DNA from: Gemmatimonadales bacterium
GTDB taxonomy: Bacteria > Gemmatimonadota > Gemmatimonadetes > Gemmatimonadales > GWC2-71-9
Assembly: GCA_035760645.1 (NCBI GenBank)
Contig: DASTSO010000024.1
Coordinates: 87,331 to 151,330, forward strand
DNA: 64,000 bases
Direction of reading: 5' to 3'
Position numbers and translations under genes: made by a program. How positions within the stretch are numbered: position 1 is the stretch's first letter; every line of letters begins with the position of its first letter. Below are positions 24,435 to 33,040 of this stretch, piece after piece. Below the pieces are notes generated by a model that ran no database searches, had not been told where the DNA came from, and saw only the letters and a list, made by a program, of their open reading frames with translations.

Positions 24435-24893
24435 TCAGCTGCCCACGGAGATGGTGACGAGCTCCTGCACCTCGGGCTCCTGCCGCAGCAGGTCGGCCAG
24501 GCTGATGCCGGCGAGGAGGTCGTCCACGCGCTGCTGCAGCGCACGCCAGACGGGGCGAATGCTGCACGACGAGCCGGGGCTGCAGCGCTCCGGGTTCACC
24601 GGGTGCTTGGCGCAGTTCATCTCGAACGTCTGGTGCTCGCTCGCGGTCATGACGTCGCGCACGCTGATCTCGGCGGGCGGTCGCGCGAGGAAGTAGCCGC
24701 CCCGGGCCCCGCGCACGCTCTCGACGAGGCCGGCACGCCTGAGGCGGAGCAGGATCTGCTCGACGTAGTCGGCCGGCAGCCGCTCGGCCTCGGCCAGCTC
24801 GCGGGCGGCCACGGCCGCGCGCCCCTCCAGCCCGCGCCGGGCGAGGTGGATCGAGATGATCAGACTGTACTCCGTCCAGGTAGTGACGCGCAT
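24435..24893 (-). CDS. Rrf2-family transcriptional regulator
   Basis: 152-aa ORF; wHTH YVEQILLRLRRAGLVESVRGARGGY; Cys residues C94/C105/C110 as a possible cluster or thiol site. Confidence 0.8.
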   Translation of the reverse strand: MRVTTWTEYSLIISIHLARRGLEGRAAVAARELAEAERLPADYVEQILLRLRRAGLVESVRGARGGYFLARPPAEISVRDVMTASEHQTFEMNCAKHPVNPERCSPGSSCSIRPVWRALQQRVDDLLAGISLADLLRQEPEVQELVTISVGS

Positions 24894-24962
24894 GGGGGGA
24901 AGTTACAACCCTGCGCGGGAGAGTCCAGTCAGGCCGAAGCCGGCGCCGCCCTAGCGCCCGGC

Positions 24963-25763
24963 TCAGCTCTTGTCCGCGGCGGTCCACCGGGCGACCTCCT
25001 GCGCGGTCATGTTGCCGTAGGGCCGGATGCGGCCGTCGCGGAACTCGCCCCCGAGGACGTCGCCGAGGTACTGGGACCAGGAGAGGAGCGTGCCGTTGCA
25101 GACCGGATCGGCGGCGTCGCCCGCGGCGATCTCGGCGGCGACCCGCCGGGCCAGCTCCTCCATCACCCAGGTGGGCACCCGGCTCCGCTGGGACGGGTAG
25201 ATGAAGCCGAAGAGCACCAGGTGGGCGAAGAGCACGCGCCAGTGCTTCCCGAAGCGGTCGATGAGGCGCCGCCAGTCGAGGCTTCCGCCGTGGCTCTGGA
25301 TGATGTGGGCGACATCGGCGCCGTCGAAGCGCTCGCGCTCCATCACGAAGGCCTTCGACCAGAGCGTCTCCTCGACCGGCGCGATCTTGACCTGGAGGCC
25401 CAGGAGATCGGCCGGGCGCGCGTGCTCGAACCAGCCGTCGTCGACGGCGGCGATGCCGTTGCCCGAGCTGAAGATCACGTCGATGAAGCCGGCCGGCGAG
25501 TGGATCTTCGCCAGCCAGTGGGAGAAGACGAGGTCGGCCTCGAAGCCGGCCCGCCGGCAGACCTCGAGCACCCGCATGATGTCGGCGGGCCGGACGAAGA
25601 TGTCGAGGTCCTTGGTGGACTTGTCGATCCCCGTCTGGTGCACGAAGGCGAAGGCGCCGCCGATGAGGAACGGGATGCCCGAGCGCGCCAGGAGATCGAG
25701 CGCCTCGCGGTAGAACGAGTGGGACGGAGTCTCGACGCTCGACTGCGTGGGCGCCATCGACAT
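24963..25763 (-). CDS. nucleotidyltransferase-fold protein of unknown function
   Basis: ATG at 25763 (MSMAPTQSS...); GGAFAFVHQTGIDKSTKDLDIFV fits the GG...DxD minimal NTase pattern. Confidence 0.55.
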   Translation of the reverse strand: MSMAPTQSSVETPSHSFYREALDLLARSGIPFLIGGAFAFVHQTGIDKSTKDLDIFVRPADIMRVLEVCRRAGFEADLVFSHWLAKIHSPAGFIDVIFSSGNGIAAVDDGWFEHARPADLLGLQVKIAPVEETLWSKAFVMERERFDGADVAHIIQSHGGSLDWRRLIDRFGKHWRVLFAHLVLFGFIYPSQRSRVPTWVMEELARRVAAEIAAGDAADPVCNGTLLSWSQYLGDVLGGEFRDGRIRPYGNMTAQEVARWTAADKS

Positions 25764-25930
25764 GGGCGGCTCCTGAAGTGGCTGTTCAGGATACCGCTCG
25801 CCGGCCGCATCGGGTGTGGCCCCCGTCACGGCTCCCCTTCCCCGTGCGGCCCTTGTTTGGCTCGACCCCCCGCCGCGGCCCCGCGTCGCGGCCGGCACGA
25901 GTCCCGGTCCCCGAACGTCGGAGCAGCGGC

Positions 25931-26731
25931 ATGGCCCAGCACGAGACGGTCCGCATCGCGGCGGTGAGCGATCTCCACTACGGACGCACCGGCATGGCGC
26001 CGCTGCTCCCCTTCCTCGCGCACGTCGTCGAGCAGGCCGACATCCTCGCCCTCTGCGGCGACCTCACCGATCACGGGCTGCCCGAGGAGGCGCGCGGGCT
26101 CGCCCGCGAGCTCAGCGGCTTCAAGATCCCGATGGTCGGCGTGCTGGGGAACCACGACTACGAGTCGGACCAGGTGGACGACCTGAAGACGATCTTCGCC
26201 GACCACCGCATCCGCATCCTCGACGGCGACGCGATCGAGATCCGCGGGATCGGCTTCGGGGGCGTGAAGGGCTTCTGCGGCGGCTTCGGCCGACGGGCGC
26301 TCGCCCCGTGGGGCGAGCCGGCGATCAAGGCGTTCGTCCAGGAGGCTCTCGGCGAGGCGCTCAAGCTCGAGACCGCGCTCAGCAAGCTGCGCAGCGAGCG
26401 GAAGGTGGCGCTGCTGCACTACGCCCCGATCCAGGCCACGATCGAGGGCGAGCCGCCCGAGATCTGGCCCTTCCTGGGCTCGACCCGCCTGGAGGACCCG
26501 ATCAACCGGCACACGGTGGACGTGGTCTTTCACGGACATGCCCACCATGGCTGCCCCGAAGGGGCGACCCTGGCGGGCATCCCGGTCTACAACGTCTCGA
26601 TCACCCTCCTGCAGCACCACTTCCCCGACCGCCCGCCCTTCCGCGTGACCGAGCTGGCGATCGACGTCGCGGCGAAGGAGGCACGGGCGGCGGATCCGCT
26701 GGCGCAGATCGCGAGCGCCCGCCCCGCGTGA
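25931..26731 (+). CDS. calcineurin-like metallophosphoesterase
   Basis: ATG at 25931; motifs VSDLHYG, CGDLTD, GNHDYE, LLHYAP, FHGHAHH. Confidence 0.8.
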   Translation: MAQHETVRIAAVSDLHYGRTGMAPLLPFLAHVVEQADILALCGDLTDHGLPEEARGLARELSGFKIPMVGVLGNHDYESDQVDDLKTIFADHRIRILDGDAIEIRGIGFGGVKGFCGGFGRRALAPWGEPAIKAFVQEALGEALKLETALSKLRSERKVALLHYAPIQATIEGEPPEIWPFLGSTRLEDPINRHTVDVVFHGHAHHGCPEGATLAGIPVYNVSITLLQHHFPDRPPFRVTELAIDVAAKEARAADPLAQIASARPA

Positions 26732-26749
26732 GCCCGCCCCGCGCGGGCT
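26731..26749. terminator. short hairpin spanning both convergent stop codons
   Basis: AGCCCGC-CCCGC-GCGGGCT; 7-bp stem, no U-tract; weak. Confidence 0.3.
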
Positions 26750-28175
26750 AGCCGGCCGCGACCATGCCGTGCGCCCCGCCGGGGACGCCGATCTCGGTCA
26801 TCTTGCGCAGGTCCAGCACCTCGTCAGCCTGCTCGGCGGGGAGGACGTGGTCGCGCTTGACGAGGTCGCGGATGAGGACCCCCTCCTTGACCGACTGTTT
26901 GCTCAGCTCGGCGGCCTTCGTGTAGCCGATGTGCGGCATGAGCGCCGTGGCGAGCGCGGCGGAGCGCTCGACCCAGTAGGCGCACATCGCCTCGTTGGCC
27001 TGGATCCCCTTCACGGTGCGCTCGGTGAGCGTCGTCGCGGCGTTGGTGAGGATCTGCATCGAGAGCAGCAGGTTGTGGGCGATGACGGGCATCATCACGT
27101 TGAGCTCGAGCTGCCCGTGCTCGCTCGCGATGGCCACCGTGGTGTCGCAGCCCATCACCTGGAAGCAGACCTGGTTGACCATCTCGGGGATCGACGGATT
27201 GATCTTCCCCGGCATGATCGAGCTGCCCGGCTGGACCGCGGGCAGCGTGATCTCGTCGATGCCGGTGCGCGGGCCCATGACCATGAGCCGCAGGTCGCTG
27301 GCGATCTTGCTGAGGTCGATGGCGAGGCCGCGCAGCGTGGCGCTGAAGGCCGCCGCGTCGCCCATGCTCTGCATGAGCTGGATGCGGTCCTGGCCGACCC
27401 GGAGGTCGAGTCCCGTGATCTGCTTGAGGTGCTTGTTCATGAGCGCGGGGTACTCCCGCTCCACCGTCACCCCGGTGCCCACCGCGCTGCCGCCGATGCC
27501 GAGGTCGCGCAGGTAGTCGGCCGCTTCCCGTACGCGCCGGAGCGCGCGGTCCATCGAGCCGGCGTAGGCCGTGAACTCCTGCCCGAGCCGGATCGGCATC
27601 GCGTCCTGCAGGTGGGTGCGCCCCGCCTTGACGATGTGGTCGAACTCCTTCCCCTTCGCCGCGAGCGCGTCGCGCAGCCCCTCGAACGCCTGAACGAGCG
27701 CGGGCAGCTGCGCCAGCGCCGAGAGGCGGATGTTCGTCGGGATCGTGTCGTTGGTGGACTGCGCCATGTTGACGTGATCGTTCGGATGCACCGGCTTGTA
27801 CTCGCCGCGCTTCCCGCCGAGGAGCTCGTTGGCGCGGTTCGCCAGCACCTCGTTCACGTTCATGTTGTGGCTCGTGCCGGCACCCGCCTGGTAGGGGTCG
27901 ACGACGAACTGCGCGTCGTGCCGGTGGGCGAGGACCTCGTCGGCGGCCTGGACGATGGCGTCGGCGAGCTTGGCGTCGAGCCGGCCGGTCTCCTTGTGCG
28001 TGAGCGCGGCGGCCTTCTTGATCCACACCTGCGACTGGACGAACGGCCAGAGCGGCTTCAGCCCGCTGATCGGGAAGTTCTCCAGCGCGCGCACGGTCTG
28101 GATGCCGTAGAGGGCATCGGCGGGAACGGGCTTCTCGCCGAGGGGGTCCTTTTCGAGTCGAGTGTTCGTGGTCAT
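26748..28175 (-). CDS. aspA: aspartate ammonia-lyase (class II fumarase/aspartase family)
   Basis: 475-aa ORF; GSSIMPGKINP signature; QAGAGTSHNMNVNEV and VNQVCFQVMG look closer to aspartase than to FumC as I recall them. Confidence 0.8.
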   Translation of the reverse strand: MTTNTRLEKDPLGEKPVPADALYGIQTVRALENFPISGLKPLWPFVQSQVWIKKAAALTHKETGRLDAKLADAIVQAADEVLAHRHDAQFVVDPYQAGAGTSHNMNVNEVLANRANELLGGKRGEYKPVHPNDHVNMAQSTNDTIPTNIRLSALAQLPALVQAFEGLRDALAAKGKEFDHIVKAGRTHLQDAMPIRLGQEFTAYAGSMDRALRRVREAADYLRDLGIGGSAVGTGVTVEREYPALMNKHLKQITGLDLRVGQDRIQLMQSMGDAAAFSATLRGLAIDLSKIASDLRLMVMGPRTGIDEITLPAVQPGSSIMPGKINPSIPEMVNQVCFQVMGCDTTVAIASEHGQLELNVMMPVIAHNLLLSMQILTNAATTLTERTVKGIQANEAMCAYWVERSAALATALMPHIGYTKAAELSKQSVKEGVLIRDLVKRDHVLPAEQADEVLDLRKMTEIGVPGGAHGMVAAG

Positions 28176-28224
28176 CGTCGGCTGCTTGGGCTGCGGGGAA
28201 CGGGTGCGGGGGTCGGGTCCAATA

Positions 28225-29118
28225 CTACCGGTGTTGGTCGGAAAAGGCGATCGCCTGCTCGGTGCGACGGAAGATCTTCCGCACGATCCCCCAGCCGTAG
28301 TAGCGCACCGCGAGCGCGAGGCCGAGGACGACGCCGACGCCGTTGGTGTAGACGCGCCAGAGGAGGAGGATCAGGTGCTCGTCGCCGCCGAGATTGCCGG
28401 CGGCGCCGCCCAGGAAGCCGAGGTCCACGGCGCCGGCGCCCGACGGCGTCGGCAGGACGAGCTGGCTGTAGAGGAGCGCGAAGGAGCCGAACCAGAGCGG
28501 GCCCATCGGCGGCGGGTCGGGCAGCGTCATCGCGAGCACCGGCAGGATGGCCACGCGCGTGACCAGATCGATGAGCGACATCGGCACGCTGGCCACGAGC
28601 GGCCAGGCGGGCATGCGGCGCCAGTAGACGCGGGCGCGCTTGACCGGCCGCTGGATCTGGCGCACCGCGGGATGCGTGAGCCGGCGCGCGAGGAGCCAGG
28701 CGAGGAGGCTCACCACCGCGACCACGACGAGCCAGGGCCAGGCCCGCGCGGCGGCCCGCACGAGGCTGGGGCCCGCCATCGCCCACCAGTCGCCGGAGTA
28801 GCGCCAGGCGAGCCAGCCCGCGCCGACGATCACGACCGGCCACGAGGCGAGGACCTCGAAGCTGATCGCGACGAACGCCGCGGGCGCGGGGACGCCGCAG
28901 CGCAGGATGCCGGCGAGCCGGGCCGGCTCGCCGCCCAGGCGCATCGGCGTGACCGCGCAGGCGCCCTCGCCGAAGGCGTTCAGCACGACACCGTCCCAGG
29001 TGCTGATCCGGTGGCCGAGCCCCTGCAGGATCCACTTGATGCGCCAGGCGCGCGCCAGGAAGTCGAGCGCCAGGAGGGCGATGCAGAGGAGCTGGGCCTC
29101 GACGAATCCGAGATGCAC
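28225..29118 (-). CDS. flippase-like / lysylphosphatidylglycerol-synthase-TM-type (UPF0104) integral membrane protein
   Basis: 297-aa ORF, about 8 hydrophobic segments, GGEPARL motif region; starts 6 nt after the GT4 stop. Confidence 0.6.
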   Translation of the reverse strand: MHLGFVEAQLLCIALLALDFLARAWRIKWILQGLGHRISTWDGVVLNAFGEGACAVTPMRLGGEPARLAGILRCGVPAPAAFVAISFEVLASWPVVIVGAGWLAWRYSGDWWAMAGPSLVRAAARAWPWLVVVAVVSLLAWLLARRLTHPAVRQIQRPVKRARVYWRRMPAWPLVASVPMSLIDLVTRVAILPVLAMTLPDPPPMGPLWFGSFALLYSQLVLPTPSGAGAVDLGFLGGAAGNLGGDEHLILLLWRVYTNGVGVVLGLALAVRYYGWGIVRKIFRRTEQAIAFSDQHR

Positions 29119-29124
29119 GGCCGC

Positions 29125-30402
29125 TCAGCCCTGTCCCGCCACGCGGCGATAGGCGTCGAAGATCCGCTCGAGGGCGAGCGGCCACGCATGGTGCCGCTCG
29201 GCGTGGGCGCGCGCGCGCAGGCCCAGGGCCGCGAGATCGCGCCCGAGGAGCGCGACCGCCGTCTCGGCGAGCGCGGCGGCGTCGCCATCGGGGTAGAGGT
29301 CGCCGGCCCCGCTCTGGCGCACCTGCTCGGGCACGCCGCCCCGGTCCACCGAGAGCACGGGGAGCCCGCTCGCCATCGCCTCGAGCGCGGCGAGGCCGAA
29401 GGTCTCGTTGGGTCCGGCGGCCACGTAGAGATCGGCGGCGGCGAGCAGATCGGCGAGCGCCGCCCGGTCGGTGGCGAACGGGAGCCAGTGCACCTGGCTG
29501 GCGCCGGGCTGCGCCTGGAACCAGCGCCGCGACGGTCCGTCCCCGATCAGCGCGAGCTGTGCGCCGGTGCGGCGCGCCACCGCGGGCCAGGCACGCAGCA
29601 GCACCTCGAGCCGCTTCTCGCGCGCGAAGCGGCCCGCGAAGACGGCGAGCGGCGCGTCCGGGTCGAGCCCGTGCCGCGCGCGCGTCGCGGCGCGGGCCGC
29701 CGCGCGTGTGGGATGGAAGAGGTCCACGTCCACGCCGAGCGGCACGCGCAGCGCGTTGTCCACGCCGTGGCGCGCGAGCTCTTCCGCGACGAAGTCGGAA
29801 GCGACGAGCACGGCGCGGAAGAGCCGGCTCACCCGCCGCACGTAGGCCCACGCCGCGGCGTGCGCCGCGCGGCGCCCGCCGCTCCGCTCGGGCTGCGGCG
29901 CGACCAGGTGCGGCACATTGCCGTGGTAGAACCACACCATCGGCACGCCGAGGCCGCGGTTCACGTGATGCGTGGTCCAGGGCACGAGGAACGGGCTCCC
30001 GACCTCGATGAGGTCGGGACGCTCGTGCTCGAGGATCCGTCGCATCGTGCGGGGCGCCCAGAGAAAGCGGTAGGGATGCTGCGTCGGGATGCGCGCGCCG
30101 CGCAGGCGGTAGCAGCGCACGCCGTCGCCGTCGATCAGTCCGTCACGCTCGCCGGGGATCGCGATCGTCTGCCGGAGCTCGGGGTGCGCCGCGACGTACG
30201 CGGCCTTCTGCAGCAGGTAGGTGCGCACGCCGCCCGTGGTGGGGCCGAAGTACTTCGTGACGTCGAGCAGCCCGAAGCGCGCCTCCGGGCGCTGGCGCGG
30301 CGGGAACGGCGTCGGCCACGGACGGCCGCCGGCGTCGATCGCCGCGGCGAGCGTCTCCCGGTCGAGGGCGTCGCGGTCGGGCACCGAGCCGGCTGTCGTC
30401 AA
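29125..30402 (-). CDS. GT4-family (GT-B, retaining) glycosyltransferase
   Basis: E-x7-E region ETFGLAALEAMASGLPV and N-terminal GPTTGGV. No ATG or GTG upstream; TTG at 30400-30402 overlaps the stop of the micro-ORF (TTGA). Start is uncertain. Confidence 0.75.
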   Translation of the reverse strand: MTTAGSVPDRDALDRETLAAAIDAGGRPWPTPFPPRQRPEARFGLLDVTKYFGPTTGGVRTYLLQKAAYVAAHPELRQTIAIPGERDGLIDGDGVRCYRLRGARIPTQHPYRFLWAPRTMRRILEHERPDLIEVGSPFLVPWTTHHVNRGLGVPMVWFYHGNVPHLVAPQPERSGGRRAAHAAAWAYVRRVSRLFRAVLVASDFVAEELARHGVDNALRVPLGVDVDLFHPTRAAARAATRARHGLDPDAPLAVFAGRFAREKRLEVLLRAWPAVARRTGAQLALIGDGPSRRWFQAQPGASQVHWLPFATDRAALADLLAAADLYVAAGPNETFGLAALEAMASGLPVLSVDRGGVPEQVRQSGAGDLYPDGDAAALAETAVALLGRDLAALGLRARAHAERHHAWPLALERIFDAYRRVAGQG

Positions 30403-30626
30403 TCGGAGCAGTCGCCGAGCGGGTAGACGGTCCCGCAGTTCCGGCATGGATTCTTGCACCCCATCGCGCGCGAGGTGACGGGGTGGCCGCAGCGCTGGCA
30501 CGTGGGCGGAACGGCGGGACGGCGGGACGGCGGGAGGTCCGCTCCGGTGCGTGGAGCTACTCCCTGCGAGGAGGCCACCTCCCGGCGTCCCGCCTCTCCC
30601 GCCGTCCCGCCCTCAGCCGAGCCCAT
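30399..30626 (-). CDS. candidate Cys-rich micro-protein (up to 75 aa; conserved-looking part CQRCGHPVTSRAMGCKNPCRNCGTVYPLGDCSD)
   Basis: In-frame part of ORF 30399..30932. The last 34 codons are about 90 percent G/C at position 3. The N-terminal half coincides with repeat copy A, and GC3 is lower there. An internal ATG would give a 21-aa MGCKNPCRNCGTVYPLGDCSD. Confidence 0.4.
   Translation of the reverse strand: MGSAEGGTAGEAGRREVASSQGVAPRTGADLPPSRRPAVPPTCQRCGHPVTSRAMGCKNPCRNCGTVYPLGDCSD
30504..30612. repeat. GGCGGGAC-type inverted-repeat element, copy A
   Basis: Plus-strand arm GGGCGGAACGGCGGGACGGCGGGACGGCGGGAGG (30504-30537) and complementary arm CCTCCCGGCGTCCCGCCTCTCCCGCCGTCCCGCCC (30578-30612). 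On the minus strand it starts right after the MBL stop: TGAGGGCGGGACGGC. Confidence 0.75.
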
Positions 30627-31269
30627 ACGCCCCGGTGAGGAACGGATTCGTCGTGCGCTCGGTGCCGATCGTGGTGTCGGGGCCGTGGCCGCTGTGGACG
30701 ATGGTGGCGTCGGGGAGCGAGAGGAGCTGCTCGCGGATCGAGCGCAGCAGCGTCGCCGGGTCGCCGCCGGGGAGGTCGGTCCGGCCGACCGAGCCGGCGA
30801 AGAGGACGTCGCCGGCGAAGACGCGGCCGTGGCCGACGAACGCCACGCTGCCGGGCGAGTGGCCCGGCGCGTGCCGCACCTCGAACTCGTACGCGCCGAC
30901 GCGCACCCGCTGCCCGTGCGCGAGCTCGCCATCGGGCGCGGGCGGCACGGCGAGCGGCCGCCCGACCCACGCGCCGAACTGCGGCAGCGCGTCGTAGATC
31001 GGCCGGTCGGCCGGGTGCAGATGCACCGGCACGCCGGTCGCGTCCTTCACGGCTTGGACGCCGAGCACGTGGTCGACGTGGGCGTGGGTGAGCCAGACCG
31101 CGGTCAGCGTCCAGCCGCGGCGCGCGAGCTCGGCGAGGAAGCGCTCGGCCTCCTCGCCCGGGTCGACCATGACCGCCTCGCGTGTGGCGGGATCGGCGAC
31201 GAGGTAGCAGTTCTGGACGAACTGCCCGTTCGGAATCCGGACGACGACCGGGCCCTGCTCAGCCGACAC
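30613..31269 (-). CDS. MBL-fold hydrolase (hydroxyacylglutathione hydrolase / glyoxalase II-like)
   Basis: 218-aa ORF, THAHVDH motif, HAPGHSPG; start overlaps the trxB stop by 11 nt. Confidence 0.8.
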   Translation of the reverse strand: MSAEQGPVVVRIPNGQFVQNCYLVADPATREAVMVDPGEEAERFLAELARRGWTLTAVWLTHAHVDHVLGVQAVKDATGVPVHLHPADRPIYDALPQFGAWVGRPLAVPPAPDGELAHGQRVRVGAYEFEVRHAPGHSPGSVAFVGHGRVFAGDVLFAGSVGRTDLPGGDPATLLRSIREQLLSLPDATIVHSGHGPDTTIGTERTTNPFLTGAYGLG

Positions 31270-32221
31270 CAGCCCCCGTCCTCCGGTCCGCGAGGTCGCT
31301 GAGATACTTCTCGACCGCGATCGCGGCGGTCGTCGCGTCGCCCACGGCGGTCGTGACCTGGCGGGTGAGCTGCACGCGGAGGTCGCCCGCGGCGAAGAGG
31401 CCGGGGATCGACGTCATCATCCGCTCGTCGGTGACGATGTACCCCGCCGCATCGTGCGCGAAGTGGCCGTTGACGAGATAGCTGTTCGGCTGGAAGCCGA
31501 TGAAGATGAAGCAGCCGGTGGCCGCGAGCGTCGAGTTGTCGCCGGTGACGGTGTCCTGCATGTGCACCGTGTGCAGCCCGCTCGGGCCGCCGTCGAGCGC
31601 GGTGGCGACCTTGTTCCAGATCACCTCGATCTTCGGATTGGCGAAGAGCCGCTCCTGGAGGATCTTCGAGGCCCGCAGCTCGTCGCGGCGGTGGATGAGG
31701 TAGACCTTCGCCGCGTAGCGCGTGAGGTAGTCGGCCTCCTCGACCGCGGCGTCGCCGCCGCCGACCACGGCGATCACCTCGTTGCGGAAGAAGGCGCCGT
31801 CGCAGACCGCGCAGTAGGACACGCCCCGCCCCGCGTACTCGAGCTCGCCGGGGATGCCGAGCTTGTTCGGGGTGCCGCCGGCGGTGAGGATCACGGCGGG
31901 CGCCTCGTAGAGGTTGCCGAGCGAGGTGACGACCTCGAAGAGACCGTCGGGGCGGCGGGTGATCGACTCGACGTTCTCCTGGCGGATCTCGGCGCCGAAC
32001 TCCCGGGCATGCTCCGTCATCCGCTCGGCGAGCTCGCGGCCCTTGATCTTGCCGAAGCCCGGGTAGTCCTCGATCCACTCGGTGTTGAGCAGCTCGCCGC
32101 CCGGCATCCCCCGCTCGAGCAGCACCGCGCGCAGCATGCCGCGCCCCGCGTACATGGCCGCGCACAGCCCGGCCGGCCCGCCGCCGACGATGATCACCTG
32201 GTACTCGAACCGCTCGCTCAT
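31259..32221 (-). CDS. trxB: thioredoxin-disulfide reductase
   Basis: 320-aa ORF, IIVGGGPAG, redox-active CAVCDG, GGGDAAVEEA NADPH site. Confidence 0.92.
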   Translation of the reverse strand: MSERFEYQVIIVGGGPAGLCAAMYAGRGMLRAVLLERGMPGGELLNTEWIEDYPGFGKIKGRELAERMTEHAREFGAEIRQENVESITRRPDGLFEVVTSLGNLYEAPAVILTAGGTPNKLGIPGELEYAGRGVSYCAVCDGAFFRNEVIAVVGGGDAAVEEADYLTRYAAKVYLIHRRDELRASKILQERLFANPKIEVIWNKVATALDGGPSGLHTVHMQDTVTGDNSTLAATGCFIFIGFQPNSYLVNGHFAHDAAGYIVTDERMMTSIPGLFAAGDLRVQLTRQVTTAVGDATTAAIAVEKYLSDLADRRTGAGVG

Positions 32222-32281
32222 GCAGGTCCCCGGAGTGAATCGGATGGTGGATCCAGCGTGTTCGGAATATAAACCGGCGCC

Positions 32282-33040
32282 TCAGGCGCCCAGATGCAGC
32301 AGGCTCACCGCCCCGTGGCATGCCGACACCGTGCCGACGACGACGTCCACCGCCGTGCCCGCGGCCCCCGCCTCGGCGACGAGCGCCTCGCCCGCCTCGA
32401 CCGTGGCGGCGTCGAACATGCCGACGCCGTGCACGCGGTGGCGGCAGGTGAAGAGCACGGGGCCGGCCGCGGGGCGCCGGCGCGCGAGGCGCGCCGTGAG
32501 CCGCTCGAGCGCCTCGTCCATCTCCCACGTGCGCGGCGCGTGGATCATCGGGCAGGTGGGCGGCTCGATGCAGTGCACCGGGCAGAGCCAGTCGGCAAAG
32601 GAGACGTAGCGCGTGCCGTCGGGCCCCAGCGCGTCGTACGGCGTGCCGGCCTCGACGTCCACCGGCCGCACCTCGATCGGCCGGCCCGGCCAGCGCGCGC
32701 GGGCGCGGCGCACGAGCCACTCGAACATGAGGTGCGGCATGAGCGGCGACGGCACGATCGCGTCGGGCGCGGCGGGGTCGCGCGGCGCGCCCCGGCCCAG
32801 CCAGCCGTCGAAGAACTCGCCCCAGTCGGCGACGACGAGCTCGCGATCCTCGCCCGGGCCGAGCTCGACGGCGGCGCGGCAGCGCGGATCGCGGTCCACG
32901 ACGAGGAGCCGGCGGTAGACGGCCTTGCCGAGCGCGCGGGCGCGGCCGAGCTGCGTGGCGTAGAACGTCCCGTAGCAGCCGCCGCCCACCACGACCACGT
33001 CGCCCAGGGCGACGACGGGCTCAGCGGAGGCGGCGGCCAC
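32282..33040 (-). CDS. hypothetical protein with an N-terminal dinucleotide-binding motif and a Cys/His-rich motif
   Basis: 252-aa ORF; VVVVGGGCYGTFYA; DWLCPVHCIEPPTCPMIHAPRTWEM; further FTCRHRVHG and SACHG; start overlaps the upstream SDR stop by 20 nt; family not recognised. Confidence 0.6.
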   Translation of the reverse strand: MAAASAEPVVALGDVVVVGGGCYGTFYATQLGRARALGKAVYRRLLVVDRDPRCRAAVELGPGEDRELVVADWGEFFDGWLGRGAPRDPAAPDAIVPSPLMPHLMFEWLVRRARARWPGRPIEVRPVDVEAGTPYDALGPDGTRYVSFADWLCPVHCIEPPTCPMIHAPRTWEMDEALERLTARLARRRPAAGPVLFTCRHRVHGVGMFDAATVEAGEALVAEAGAAGTAVDVVVGTVSACHGAVSLLHLGA

